Of a DNA stretch of 64,000 nucleotides, positions 38,905 to 49,492 are shown one piece after another (positions within the stretch are counted from its first letter, which is position 1; each line of letters opens with the position of its first letter). The DNA comes from an uncultured Eubacteriales bacterium (lineage in GTDB: Bacteria > Bacillota > Clostridia > Christensenellales > CAG-917). Under the pieces are notes generated by a model that saw only the letters and a program-made list of their open reading frames with translations, made no database searches and was not told the origin of the DNA. A program made the position numbers and the translations under genes. Location: NCBI GenBank assembly GCA_900547975.1, contig URIX01000001.1:16291-80290 (forward strand), read 5' to 3'.

Positions 38905-40554
38905 ATGAATAAAAACATTTTGTCAAGATTGTATAGACACGGCGTTCAACTTATGGCGGTGGGTATCGTAACCGGCATACTTTCGGGTATCGTCGTGACG
39001 TTTTTCAATATCGCGGCGGAGTTGTTCTCGAAGTACGCAAAAGACGTCTACGCTCTTGTGCGCGAAAACCCCGCTTTCGTCCCCTTGCTTTTCGCTGCGC
39101 TTGCAATAATCGCTTTTTCAATCGCTACGGTTTCAAAGTTCGTTCCTATGGTTCGCGGAAGCGGTATTCCCCAAACGGAAGGCGCGGCAAGAGGCTTGCT
39201 CGAACTCAAATGGTACAAATCGCTGCCCGCTATGGCGACTTCCTGCCTCGTGTGCATACTGTCGGGCTTGACGGCAGGCGCGGAAGGTCCGAGTATGTTT
39301 ATCGGCGCGACCTGCGGCGAGGGCACGAGCAAACTTTTGCGCTGTACGGATATGGAAAAACGCTATCAAATCACGGGCGGCGCGTGCGCAGGTCTTGCGG
39401 TCGCTTTCAATGCGCCGCTTACCGGTATCACGTTCGCTTTCGAAGAAGCGCACAGACGTTTTACGCCCGCTATATTCATTTGCGCATTTTCGTCGGTGCT
39501 TAGCGCAATCATAACCAGAAACGCACTTTACGGTTGGATGAATATGCCCGTCGAAGGCATTCTTTCCTCGTTCAACCTCATTCAGATTCCCCTCAAAAGT
39601 TACGGATTCGTCGCGCTTGCCGCCGTCGTGAGCGGAATTTGCGGATTCGGATTCTATAATCTTTGCTTGTTGTCAAAGAAACTCTTTGCTAAAATCAAAA
39701 CAAAAAACGCGCTTACGACAACCTATCTCAAACTGTTGTTCCCGTTTATATTCGCAGGCGTTTTCGGGCTTATCACCGCTTCAGTTATGGGCGGCGGTCA
39801 CTCGTTTATCGAGTCGTTGGGAACTCACGGCGGAACGACGCAGCAAAGCGTCGCAACCGTATTCTCGTCGCCCGTCGTGGTTACGCTTATTCTCGTGCTC
39901 GTGATGAGAGTTATCGCCACCGCGCTCAATCTCGGCGCAGGCGTGCCTTGCGGAATATTCATTCCTATGCTCGCAATAGGCGCGTGTATCGGCACGCTCG
40001 TAGCAAAACTCGGCGTCGCTTGGGGCATGCCTGACGAATACGCCGATTGCATCGTTATGATTTGTATGGCAACGTTCTTTGCAACAATCGTCAAAGCACC
40101 GCTTACGGCAATAATTATGGTCGTGGAACTTACGTGGCAATTCACTCTGCTCGTACCCGTCGTCTTGGGCGTGTCCTTCGGATATATGGTGAGCGAAGTG
40201 TGCGGCGCAAGGTCTATTTACGATGAACTGCTCGACAATATTCTCGACGAGCAACACGTCCACCTCACCAAACAAACCTACGTCGCAACCGTCGAGGACG
40301 GCTCGATTGCTATGCACAAACCCATTCGCGACGTGCTTTGGCCGAGCAACTTGCTCATACGTTCGATAAAGCGCGACGGCGTTTCAATCGTTCCCGCTTC
40401 GGATACAGTCCTGCAAGTCGGCGACGAATTGAGCATACAAGCCGAATGTGTGGACTACGACAACTTCAAAGTGTCAGTGGACGAAATCGTAAAACCGAGA
40501 AAGCACCTTTTCTCAAACAAAAAACATAAATCGCAACACGAACAAAACGAATAG
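38905..40554 (+). CDS. ClC-family chloride channel/antiporter with a C-terminal TrkA-C-like domain
   Basis: GSGIPQ, GAEGPS and GIFIPML selectivity motifs. C-terminal LLIRSIKRDGVSIVPASDTVLQVGDEL. Confidence 0.9.
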   Translation: MNKNILSRLYRHGVQLMAVGIVTGILSGIVVTFFNIAAELFSKYAKDVYALVRENPAFVPLLFAALAIIAFSIATVSKFVPMVRGSGIPQTEGAARGLLELKWYKSLPAMATSCLVCILSGLTAGAEGPSMFIGATCGEGTSKLLRCTDMEKRYQITGGACAGLAVAFNAPLTGITFAFEEAHRRFTPAIFICAFSSVLSAIITRNALYGWMNMPVEGILSSFNLIQIPLKSYGFVALAAVVSGICGFGFYNLCLLSKKLFAKIKTKNALTTTYLKLLFPFIFAGVFGLITASVMGGGHSFIESLGTHGGTTQQSVATVFSSPVVVTLILVLVMRVIATALNLGAGVPCGIFIPMLAIGACIGTLVAKLGVAWGMPDEYADCIVMICMATFFATIVKAPLTAIIMVVELTWQFTLLVPVVLGVSFGYMVSEVCGARSIYDELLDNILDEQHVHLTKQTYVATVEDGSIAMHKPIRDVLWPSNLLIRSIKRDGVSIVPASDTVLQVGDELSIQAECVDYDNFKVSVDEIVKPRKHLFSNKKHKSQHEQNE

Positions 40555-40633
40555 AAATCGTAAAACAAGTTGTTTATCCGCTCGTTTAAGATATATAAAC
40601 GTTGCGTTTTGCAATTAAAACTACAAATTTACA

Positions 40634-40670
40634 CAAAAAAACAATCGCTTTTCAGGCGATTGTTTTTATA
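40634..40670. terminator. Bidirectional terminator
   Basis: aaacaatcgc/gcgattgttt stem flanked by an A-run and a T-run. Confidence 0.7.
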
Positions 40671-40685
40671 TGCTTTTCAAAAATA

Positions 40686-41426
40686 TCAGTCTTCTTCAAC
40701 GTCGCACGCAGGTTCTGCAACGGCAGATATTGCGTCCGCCGAAGTCGCTTCTTCGCTACCCTCGCAAGCGGAATTGCGCGCGGCTTCTTCGCGTTGCTTT
40801 TTGAGTACGGGAAGTTCGTCCGTGCAGAACAATCTCACCTTCCCGTCCTTGTTTTTGCCCACGATGTTGAGGATTTTGCCTTTCGTCACACATATGCCCG
40901 CAAAGAGCGGTTCGAGCAAGAAGAGTATCGAGAGCAAGAGCATAAACACAAGCACCACCCAAAGGAACGCGCCGTCGCCAAACCACGCTATAAAGCCTTT
41001 AAGGATATTGTCCGTGCGCATAACTTGGTCCACGACAAACAATTCGTCAAAAGCCGGCATACCCGTCGCGGTTGCCTTTGCCGCAAGCGGAAGTATCGCA
41101 ATAAAAACGTACACCAGCGGAAGCGTAAGCACAAACGCGAACGTCGTTATGCCTATCGTGAGTCCGTTGCGAAGTTTTCTGCTTGGAAAGTTCAACGCCA
41201 CGTTTGAAAAGAGCATAATCCCTGCGCTCATCGTGAGAATGACGACGATATATTTTGCAAGAACGTTGTCTATTCTGCTGAAAGCCGTGAAAAACGCGAT
41301 ATTGTCGGGATTGTCCATATCCTGCATCGCGTTGAGCAAAAACAGTATTCCCAAAATGATGATCGCCACCGAAAGACCCAAAAGCGCAAAAAGCACCTTC
41401 TCGGTTTTTGAGAGTTGTTTAGTCAT
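40686..41426 (-). CDS. Membrane protein, 246 aa, acidic cytoplasmic tail, unknown function
   Basis: ORF track shows about 5 TM segments. It has its own RBS and promoter. Confidence 0.75.
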   Translation of the reverse strand: MTKQLSKTEKVLFALLGLSVAIIILGILFLLNAMQDMDNPDNIAFFTAFSRIDNVLAKYIVVILTMSAGIMLFSNVALNFPSRKLRNGLTIGITTFAFVLTLPLVYVFIAILPLAAKATATGMPAFDELFVVDQVMRTDNILKGFIAWFGDGAFLWVVLVFMLLLSILFLLEPLFAGICVTKGKILNIVGKNKDGKVRLFCTDELPVLKKQREEAARNSACEGSEEATSADAISAVAEPACDVEED

Positions 41427-41453
41427 AATTTTACCCCTAAAATTAATAAGTCA

Positions 41454-41482
41454 ATTATACCCGACAATCGCATTATAAGCAA
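41454..41482 (-). promoter_or_regulatory. Promoter TTGCTT-17-TATAAT for the 40686..41426 gene
   Basis: Read on the minus strand. Confidence 0.55.
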
Positions 41483-41594
41483 CAAAAACTTTTCCGGCCT
41501 AACTCAGCGAAAAGTTCTTATGCATTTCTCTCGCATAAAAACTTTTACCGCATCTTCATTCGTTCCTCCGTAGCAATCATCTGTTTTTAAGCAT

Positions 41595-41623
41595 AGAAAA
41601 AGCCGAGCATTATTCGCCCGGCT
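41595..41623 (-). terminator. Rho-independent terminator downstream of the helicase gene
   Basis: agccggg/ctcggct stem (one G-U pair) followed by ttttt on the minus strand. Confidence 0.6.
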
Positions 41624-41755
41624 GATACTTCTTTTTGCCGTTCAAATCGACTTTTATGCCGAAATATTCGTTAGAAAAGAACAATACGAACTCTAACTTA
41701 TCGTCAGGGTTCGTATTATTCCCTAATGGCGGAGCGTTAGTAACGTAAATCGAAT

Positions 41756-44700
41756 TTAGTTGTTATCGTGATTTGATTCATTTGAACTATCTTCGGCTTG
41801 AGTTAAGTTTTCTTTTTCTAATATTTCAATCGGTCCGACAAATTGTTCTAAGAACTTTTCTGCCAAATGACGGTCTAATTGATCATGAATTTTTTGATTT
41901 TCATAACTTCTTAAACAATTGTAGCATGATGGATCGCAATTACATGTTCTCATATTGTACAGCGCCGACATCAAGATTTTATACAATATTTCCCCGTTTT
42001 TAGTTACCAACCGACGAGAATGTCCCGCACCTCCGGGAACGGCATCGTATATTATTATCGAATAATGCATAATGTTGTCGGTTAGACGTTGGGATAAGCA
42101 TGCCTTTATATCTCTGCGTTCAATATTCAAATCCTTCGCTATTGCGTTAAGAATTGCGTACATTACGGAAATCATTGTTTTGTAGTCGGATGTGTCACAA
42201 GAAAAGGTAATTTTAGCCACATCGGTGTTAAACACATGGTGCAGAGACCTTCGTTCTAATTTTCTTGAATTACAATTATATTGTCCAAATAAACTTTCGT
42301 GTGGTTTTTCCGTTTCTACAAATAATGCGCCTTGTTGCATTTGTCCTTCGATTTTTTTCTCACCGATACTTTCATCGGCGGCAACTGCATAGCCGCATAG
42401 CGGGCATACGTAGAAATTGGTTGAAGATTTTACCATAAGAGAGTCATTAGTCGTTGATTCGACTTTGACTTCAATCCCATTGAACGAAAAATAGTACTTA
42501 TCTATCAATTTGGCTGATGTGTTGCCGATATAATAATCTTCCGAACGATAGTTTTTTTCTTGTTTTGTCATTGGAACATCTTTATCGTTTCGTTCTGCTA
42601 CGAAACCGGATCGGGGTTCTATGCTTTCGAAAAAATTGATAGGCTTAAGTTTCTTTCCGCATGAAATACAAGCAATGCCTTCTTTGGACGGAGGCACAAC
42701 ACTGTAATTGACGGTTTTACAGTCATCGTTATCGCAAACTGCTATATAGCCGGTGTGCCAGTCTTGTCGATTCGTGCCTATTGCTGCTTTTTTGATGTAT
42801 CTACTGGTATACAGCCTGCCGTCTGCAATAACTTCAGATGACGGAGCATACTCGGCTATAGCAATTTGCAAATCTCTGCTTAATCTCAATTTTGCTATAT
42901 TGTTTGCGGAGGAATTCTGATACAATTCAACCGTATCAACAGGGAATCCGTAACGAGGTAAAATATTCCCGCGTGCAAGGAATTCGATTAGTTTATTAGT
43001 GCTGTAATTTTTTAATTTGCGTTCACACTTAACAGCATCTTCGGAATTTTTTTCTCGTTGGAATTTCTTTATTAACTTTTCAAAATTTGCAATATTGCTT
43101 TCATATTCGGTGATTAGTTGTGTAAAAACTCCGTCTTCACCGCAAAAGCCATCAACCCAGTCGAAATTATCGATACCGATTCTACTATGCAAATTATCTA
43201 TATCCGGTATAGATTTTTTTAGCAGCGCTCTTAGTCTTTCCGGATGAGTGCCTATCCAATCAATAAAAAGCTCGTACCCTTTTTGATTGATGAATTTTTC
43301 GGCATTATTGTGATTGTACAACTCCTCGTGCTCGGCAAAAAACATGCTAAGGGCAACTGCGTAAACATGTCTCCTTACAATTTTTTCGTTATCAACCTTA
43401 AATAAAGGCGGCAAAATAATACCGCTTATCATTTTCTTCGGTTCTTTAAAAAACGATAAGTCGTGAGAGCTTAGTTTTGCAAAAGTCAAAGCAAATGCGG
43501 CAGAGTTTACACTTCTTCCGGCTCGTCCTGCTCTTTGAGCATAATTTGAAGGAAGAGGCGGAACATCTCTCAAAAATACGGTTTCCAAGTCACCGACATC
43601 GACACCCATTTCAAATGTGGTAGAACATGAAAGAGCGTTGATCTCTTTTTTGATAAACTGTTCTTGGTATTCGGCGCTTTCTTTTTTGCTCAATTGAGCG
43701 GTATGTTCTTTTATGAGCAACGGAGACATTCTCTCACTCATATAAAGCTTTGCGAAATGGTTGTTTTTTATAATTTCGTCAGACGAAATTTCTTTCAATT
43801 CGCCATTGCATCTAACGGACGGACATTTGCCGTCAAGATTGAATTGTGTTACCTTTCCGCATTTCTTGCATTTATACCAACGTGCGTGTTCATCTCCGCT
43901 TATTTTTATAGAAAAGTTTTTGGCTCTTAATACATAAGTCCCGTCTTTGTTAATGTCCTCCATACAATAAATATTTCCGTATTCGGCTTTTGTCAAATAG
44001 TCGAAATAGTCTTTTAGAAAACTTGCAGCTTCGGATTCGGGGATGCCTAAGGTTCTGCATACGTAATAAGTCTTATTGTTTTTGTAGAATTCGTCATTTT
44101 TGCCCGGCTTATTTCTCGGTGCAAACGAAGCCACCGTGATTCTTTTATTGTCAGGACTCTTTAAGTATGTAATAAACCTCTGTGATTGTGTATAAAAGAT
44201 ATATTCGCGATCGTTGTCATCGATATCGCTGTCATTGTCGGGATAAATTGCGCCAGATTTGACGATTTCGAAAACAAGCATATCTAATAGAGCTTCAACG
44301 CTGCGAGTGGATACTCCGTATTTTTCGGCAATTGAGGCAACTATTTCAGGCGTATTGCCCATGTAATGGAATTGAATTTGCCCCAAAGCAGTTAGCGAAG
44401 TAGAGGAATTGTATCTTGCAAGTTCGTTTAACAATGCAACCCAAGCATTTTTACGGCTGTTAACAGTCAGATTACTTTCATCCGAATTTGATTTTGCAAA
44501 ACTCTTTTTAGAAGAATAGTAATTTGTAAGCAAAGTAACAAAATCGGAAACAGTGTAATTTTGATTTGCGATTTCTTTCTTTTTTTCTTCAATTATACGA
44601 CAAATGCCTCTTCGTCTTAAAAACTCGCAATAACTTTTGCTTAAATAACATGCAAACTTTGCAGCCTCTTGTCTGCTGTCGGAAAACGCCAAGAACTGCC

Positions 44701-46636
44701 GACCTGTTCTTTTTGCGACTTTCTTATTGGACAGGGCAGCTTTTGCAAATATATTTTGTGTCGTGATTTTTGCGGTTTCCTCTTCGTATACTAATTCCGG
44801 CAATTCTTCATACAAAGATGTCGCCAAAACAGCTGTTGCGGCATCGTTTCCCAAATAGAACCGTCTATATGAACCGTTGCAACAATTCCCGCATCTTGCT
44901 CCGGATTTTAGAACTTTGGCTTTTACTACTTTTATATAGTTTTCCGTGCCGCAGTCGCAAGGAGGAATGTGTTGTTCTCCTTCCGCAACGATGCCTCCGC
45001 AATGAGGGCATAAATAGTAGTAGTCTTTTTTTAACGATTCGCCGGAATCAATAATTTCTTCATCAGACAACTCTTCGTTATCATCGTCTAAAAGATAAAA
45101 GTAATCGACTTTTTCTTCTTGTTTGCTAGTCTGAACTAAATGACGATTTTCGATTTTCCCAACTAATGCAATTCTTCCGCACGTATCGCAAATACCGATT
45201 TCAAAAACAGCATAAGGTTTTTCGTCTTTGAAATATTGCTTTTGCCGATTCAGGAAAAGCGTTTTGGTTTTGTTTATAGTGGCGTAGCACCCTTCGAGGC
45301 TTCTGATGAAAAAATGATATCGGGCATCTAGTAACGATTTGCCGTTTTTTTGCGCTCTGGTACAAAGAGAAATAAAAGAAATCGCCGTTTCTTCATCGAT
45401 ATTCAATGTTTGTTCTATTTCAAACAAAGTACATACATTTGAAATGTTCAATCGTAATGAATGGTACAAATCCGAGCTGACAACTAAATCATATATCAGT
45501 TCATTTTCTTCTTTGTTTTTGTCGCAATCTATCCCATATTTTTGCAATACATTGGCAACGATGTTACTTTCGTCGGCAATATCCTTGTACAACTCATCGG
45601 AATAGTGTTTAACATACGAATTTGGTATGTACTTTTCACGAGTAGCTCTGATTATATTTTCTTTATCAAAATTTTCGCCACAAAGATTTTCTGCAAATGT
45701 AATAATGTCATCATCCGCACTTGAATCACTACCAAGTGTCGCGCTTGTCAAGATGAATCTGGTCTTTTGTGTTGCAGATATTCTGGCTTTAAGGCGGCGC
45801 AATAATATGGCCGTTTCAATTCCTGTTGCTCCGTTGTAAACATGAGCCTCATCAAGAACTACAAATCTAAAATCGGCATTAGAAAAAAGCACATCGTCCT
45901 TTGGCCTAAAGAGAAGATGCTCCAACATTGCATAGTTTGTAAATAGAATATTCGGAGGAATCTTTTTCATTTCGTCTCTAGATAATATTTCATTATCCAA
46001 ACGATGTCTGAGTTTTTCTATTTTTTCTTTTGAGAACATTGCTTCGTAAACAGCAATTGCACTTTCCTCGTCATTCTCGGTTCCTCCGTTGTATACCCCA
46101 AAAGTAATATCCGGATAGTACATAAGTAGTTCGCGAATATTCTTCATTTGGTCATTTGCAAGAGCATTCATCGGATAAACAAACAATGCTCTTACGCCTG
46201 GGCCAAGCGTTCCTGCTTCTTGTTCTCGCAAAAGTTCGTTTATTACAGGTATTAAGAAACAGTTGGTTTTACCACTTCCCGTACCGGTTGATATGACAGC
46301 ATTATTCCCGGAAACAATACTCCGTACTGCTTTCTCTTGATGTAAATACAACTTTCTGTCAACAGGCAATTTTCGTTTATATAGCTTGTTTTGCGGCTTT
46401 TCGCTTTCAAGGTTGAGAAACAGCGGCGAAAGCACTCCTTGGTCAACTAATTCTGCGATAGAATGCCCCGTTGCAAAAACATCTTTAATTTCCAAAAGAG
46501 GCCCTTTGGAAATATTTTTCCTCAACTCTTCAACAAATTGTTGTTGTAGATTTTCATCGCAAAAAGAGTAGCTTGTTGCTACGTAATCTATAAATTCGTT
46601 CTTTATGTTATTTGAAGCCTTTGCCGGATTAAACAT
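41756..46636 (-). CDS. 1626-aa SF2 DEAH-box helicase with zinc-ribbon inserts and a C-terminal DUF1998/MrfA-type Cys-rich domain (DruE-like)
   Basis: Motifs in order: TGTGSGKT, VYPMNALANDQ, VLDEAHVY, LTSATLG, FEMGVDVGD, QRAGRAGRS. CxxC pairs CDTCGR, CPHCGG..CDCG, CKKCGK..CPSVRC. C-terminus CPLCGYA...CNCDPSCYNCLRSYENQ. Confidence 0.85.
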   Translation of the reverse strand: MFNPAKASNNIKNEFIDYVATSYSFCDENLQQQFVEELRKNISKGPLLEIKDVFATGHSIAELVDQGVLSPLFLNLESEKPQNKLYKRKLPVDRKLYLHQEKAVRSIVSGNNAVISTGTGSGKTNCFLIPVINELLREQEAGTLGPGVRALFVYPMNALANDQMKNIRELLMYYPDITFGVYNGGTENDEESAIAVYEAMFSKEKIEKLRHRLDNEILSRDEMKKIPPNILFTNYAMLEHLLFRPKDDVLFSNADFRFVVLDEAHVYNGATGIETAILLRRLKARISATQKTRFILTSATLGSDSSADDDIITFAENLCGENFDKENIIRATREKYIPNSYVKHYSDELYKDIADESNIVANVLQKYGIDCDKNKEENELIYDLVVSSDLYHSLRLNISNVCTLFEIEQTLNIDEETAISFISLCTRAQKNGKSLLDARYHFFIRSLEGCYATINKTKTLFLNRQKQYFKDEKPYAVFEIGICDTCGRIALVGKIENRHLVQTSKQEEKVDYFYLLDDDNEELSDEEIIDSGESLKKDYYYLCPHCGGIVAEGEQHIPPCDCGTENYIKVVKAKVLKSGARCGNCCNGSYRRFYLGNDAATAVLATSLYEELPELVYEEETAKITTQNIFAKAALSNKKVAKRTGRQFLAFSDSRQEAAKFACYLSKSYCEFLRRRGICRIIEEKKKEIANQNYTVSDFVTLLTNYYSSKKSFAKSNSDESNLTVNSRKNAWVALLNELARYNSSTSLTALGQIQFHYMGNTPEIVASIAEKYGVSTRSVEALLDMLVFEIVKSGAIYPDNDSDIDDNDREYIFYTQSQRFITYLKSPDNKRITVASFAPRNKPGKNDEFYKNNKTYYVCRTLGIPESEAASFLKDYFDYLTKAEYGNIYCMEDINKDGTYVLRAKNFSIKISGDEHARWYKCKKCGKVTQFNLDGKCPSVRCNGELKEISSDEIIKNNHFAKLYMSERMSPLLIKEHTAQLSKKESAEYQEQFIKKEINALSCSTTFEMGVDVGDLETVFLRDVPPLPSNYAQRAGRAGRSVNSAAFALTFAKLSSHDLSFFKEPKKMISGIILPPLFKVDNEKIVRRHVYAVALSMFFAEHEELYNHNNAEKFINQKGYELFIDWIGTHPERLRALLKKSIPDIDNLHSRIGIDNFDWVDGFCGEDGVFTQLITEYESNIANFEKLIKKFQREKNSEDAVKCERKLKNYSTNKLIEFLARGNILPRYGFPVDTVELYQNSSANNIAKLRLSRDLQIAIAEYAPSSEVIADGRLYTSRYIKKAAIGTNRQDWHTGYIAVCDNDDCKTVNYSVVPPSKEGIACISCGKKLKPINFFESIEPRSGFVAERNDKDVPMTKQEKNYRSEDYYIGNTSAKLIDKYYFSFNGIEVKVESTTNDSLMVKSSTNFYVCPLCGYAVAADESIGEKKIEGQMQQGALFVETEKPHESLFGQYNCNSRKLERRSLHHVFNTDVAKITFSCDTSDYKTMISVMYAILNAIAKDLNIERRDIKACLSQRLTDNIMHYSIIIYDAVPGGAGHSRRLVTKNGEILYKILMSALYNMRTCNCDPSCYNCLRSYENQKIHDQLDRHLAEKFLEQFVGPIEILEKENLTQAEDSSNESNHDNN

Positions 46637-49376
46637 CTTTGTCCTCCTGAGTTTTGAAAAAGTAATAGTTTATAGGTTTGTTTCCGTTTGCCATGTTAGA
46701 CAGTTGGTTGTAATGATCCAAAAACAGTTCGCCCAAGAAGTCGTTAACATCATCGCTTTCAAGCCCTGCTACCATCCAGCACGTATTATTAGAGCGCAGT
46801 TCTATTCTTACCGGATTTGTTGTCTCGCATATACCATAGTCATTTTTCATGGTATTCAAATATATTTTTCTTCCATCGGGATGACGGAAATACATGGTTC
46901 CCGAATAATATATGCAATCTTCAATGTTTCCTATAAAATGTAATTTTTCAACATAAATTGTTTTCATGTACGACGAGGATATTGCATTATCCAGCATAAC
47001 TTTGCTTATAACGATCGTTTTATTTTTGAACCGTAATTGATTTTCGTCCCCTATTACAATCGAGCGCCGATACAGTGATTCTGCTTTTTTGAAAATATTT
47101 TTAGGCGATGAGAAAATTTCTATCGTATAAAACCCATCTTCAATAGGACTTATATCAATTTCCATTGATTTTAAAGGCAGAGAAACGGATTTCAGTGTGT
47201 TGTTATATTTGTCACTTAATTTTAACGTAAACGCATCGTCAGGTCCTCCAATATATGTTGTTATTGGATTCCAAAGGAAATGGCGTTGAGCAAATAAAAA
47301 ATATGGTGCGTCAACAAATTTTTCTTTAGTATGTATACATAGAAGTGGAAATGGCTTTTCTCCAACAATAGATAAGAGCACCATTGAACCATCATAACAA
47401 TCTATGTTTGAGTATATTTGTTGACCTATTTTGTAATGATTCAATCGATTCTCGGATTTTTCCAGAGGTTTGCAACTTGGCGTGATAAGAATGTTGTACG
47501 AAACGGATGTCGGAACGGACAATTCTAAAATCGAAGAATTGTTAAAAGTTTTATACCAACAGCCTTTTTCGTTAAAGCTATAATTCCAGTCTCCGTCATC
47601 GATTCTCCATTGTATTTTTGGAATGCTTAAAATAATTTCACCGTCGGCGATAGGAAGTTCAACTTCATTTTGTTTTATGTCAAATGAGGCGGAGTGGCTG
47701 AAAAGTTGCGTTGAAAAGCTGACGGTTCCCGTAACGGCATCTCCGTAATAATACGCTTTATCAAAAGTAACGTTTATGTTGTTGAATTTTACAACATTTA
47801 CATTACATATGATTTTCCCTGTGGAAAATTTGAAAACAATGAGTTTTTGAGGTTCTCCCGCATTTAATAGTTCGGAAATGTTGTAGTAAACAATGTCGTC
47901 ACAAATCTCTTTTGAGAAATCTTGCAGCTTCCAAGACGTATCTTCATATCTCACCCCATAATCTGATAAATCAGCGGAATCAAATGCGGCAATCTTCAAT
48001 TCGCCGTCTAAAACATCATACTCCTCGTCGTCTTGTCTAAACTTTACCTCATTTTTCTTGTCTGCGTATATCCATATATCTCTATTTTGCCTTTCACTTG
48101 CAAACAGTACGGTTCTTTTCTTACTTTGAATAACGTCTCCATCTATCGTATTGACGAGAAATAACGAGGAATTAACCTTTTTGATATTTGTAGGATATTG
48201 CAATAAAAAGTTCAAATCTCGGCAGTAAAGCTGATAATTACCCGGCAGGCATTGCTGTGCGAATATCTCCTTTTCCCCGTTAAAAAGCATAAATATTCGC
48301 TCTAAACTTTTTTTAGAATCAAATATCGTTGTTCCGCAGTGTATAATTACCAATCTTATATCAAAACAAGACGTGTCGCTTAAAATTTTGCTTAACTCGA
48401 TTTGATACGCTTTCGTACTCATGGATAACCCTGAACCACGAGTTAACATTTCCTCGGAATACACAAGAGAGTCGTTAGTGTAAATTTCTATCCAAGGACA
48501 CTCATAAATATTATTCAGCAAGCGGAACGCCGGTACGGTTAGATAGACGGTACCGTTTTCATTTATATACCTTGGCTTAATCGCAGAGTAATCCGATACA
48601 ATTTGTGTCGACCGTGACACTTTTGCTTTTTCTATACCAAAGTTTGTTTCTTTGTTTCTCCACCAATTTAACAGCAAGGAATAGTAGTAGGTGGGTTTTT
48701 CTATCGGTTCGCTGCTAAATAATTTGTCTATGGCATTTATGGTGTTGCGAATATATTCGGTTAGTAGGTCACATTGCTCTACGGCAAGGCGCTTTATTCC
48801 GGCTCTGAAATTATATATTTTGGAGCCAAGCTGAAAGTCCTCGTCACCTTTGCTTTTGGCGAAACGTTTGCTTAATTCGTTTGACACAATCTGAAATATG
48901 CTATCCGTCTCGTCAAAATTTTGCGCCATATCTTCGCAGTAAATTTGCCAGCACAATTCAAAGAATGACTCCGTTGATTGCAGCGGAGCAAAAGCATGGG
49001 CAAGGATTGTGGAATAATATCTTTTCTGCGTTCCGTTCAAGTATAGTATTTTATTCCTTTCTCCCAGGCGGTCAATTATTTCCGTTAACGCATGGTATAG
49101 TTTCTGCGAACAAATCTCAGTTCCTGAAAGCTTTTTGGCAATACGATTCCAAAATGTATCTTCATCGGAAGTCCAGGTTTTTACGGAATTAACCATTGCC
49201 ACAAACAATATCTCGTAGTCTAAAGTGCTGATTTTGTTGATATATCCATATTCGAATTCACGCAATCTTTCCTCGGAATAAGAATACATTTTTGACAATT
49301 CTTCATCGTCAAATCTACAATCACCTACAAACTCGCAGCTCATCGCTTCTGCAATTTTTTTCTTGAGTTCCTCCAT
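46629..49376 (-). CDS. 915-aa protein with no motif I can recognise (DruH-like by position and size only)
   Basis: ORF track. I chose the start at 49376 (MEELKKK) for the GAGGAGG RBS. Its stop overlaps the helicase start (ATGTTTAA, 46629-46636). Confidence 0.8.
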   Translation of the reverse strand: MEELKKKIAEAMSCEFVGDCRFDDEELSKMYSYSEERLREFEYGYINKISTLDYEILFVAMVNSVKTWTSDEDTFWNRIAKKLSGTEICSQKLYHALTEIIDRLGERNKILYLNGTQKRYYSTILAHAFAPLQSTESFFELCWQIYCEDMAQNFDETDSIFQIVSNELSKRFAKSKGDEDFQLGSKIYNFRAGIKRLAVEQCDLLTEYIRNTINAIDKLFSSEPIEKPTYYYSLLLNWWRNKETNFGIEKAKVSRSTQIVSDYSAIKPRYINENGTVYLTVPAFRLLNNIYECPWIEIYTNDSLVYSEEMLTRGSGLSMSTKAYQIELSKILSDTSCFDIRLVIIHCGTTIFDSKKSLERIFMLFNGEKEIFAQQCLPGNYQLYCRDLNFLLQYPTNIKKVNSSLFLVNTIDGDVIQSKKRTVLFASERQNRDIWIYADKKNEVKFRQDDEEYDVLDGELKIAAFDSADLSDYGVRYEDTSWKLQDFSKEICDDIVYYNISELLNAGEPQKLIVFKFSTGKIICNVNVVKFNNINVTFDKAYYYGDAVTGTVSFSTQLFSHSASFDIKQNEVELPIADGEIILSIPKIQWRIDDGDWNYSFNEKGCWYKTFNNSSILELSVPTSVSYNILITPSCKPLEKSENRLNHYKIGQQIYSNIDCYDGSMVLLSIVGEKPFPLLCIHTKEKFVDAPYFLFAQRHFLWNPITTYIGGPDDAFTLKLSDKYNNTLKSVSLPLKSMEIDISPIEDGFYTIEIFSSPKNIFKKAESLYRRSIVIGDENQLRFKNKTIVISKVMLDNAISSSYMKTIYVEKLHFIGNIEDCIYYSGTMYFRHPDGRKIYLNTMKNDYGICETTNPVRIELRSNNTCWMVAGLESDDVNDFLGELFLDHYNQLSNMANGNKPINYYFFKTQEDKDV

Positions 49377-49492
49377 CTCTTCCTCCTCTGTATTAACCAA
49401 CCCTCTTCCACATGATGTTTCCCAAAAATTAAAGTATATAATTTTCGGGAATCGACTACTGTTTAAGCCAATCGGCAACGTAGATTGGTCCT

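Noticed and set aside
41435-41444. 10-mer ccctaaaatt shared with 55144-55153, abutting the candidate att core; considered as the left att site of the island.
   Set aside because: A 10-mer match is expected by chance in the regions compared. This copy also lies between the promoter (41454-41482) and the start codon of the host membrane-protein gene, overlapping its RBS. Kept only as a weak possibility.
40570-41478. ORF 40570..41478 (+, 302 aa) opposite the membrane-protein gene.
   Set aside because: It gives a Ser-rich, low-complexity translation and crosses a bidirectional terminator. The minus-strand ORF has TM helices, an RBS and a promoter.
41700-41745. tRNA-like fragment (agggttcgtattattccct … tggcggagcg) as a possible integration target.
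   Set aside because: The T-loop would be 11 nt, and no acceptor or anticodon arms can be built on either strand. It is not a tRNA or a convincing tRNA remnant.
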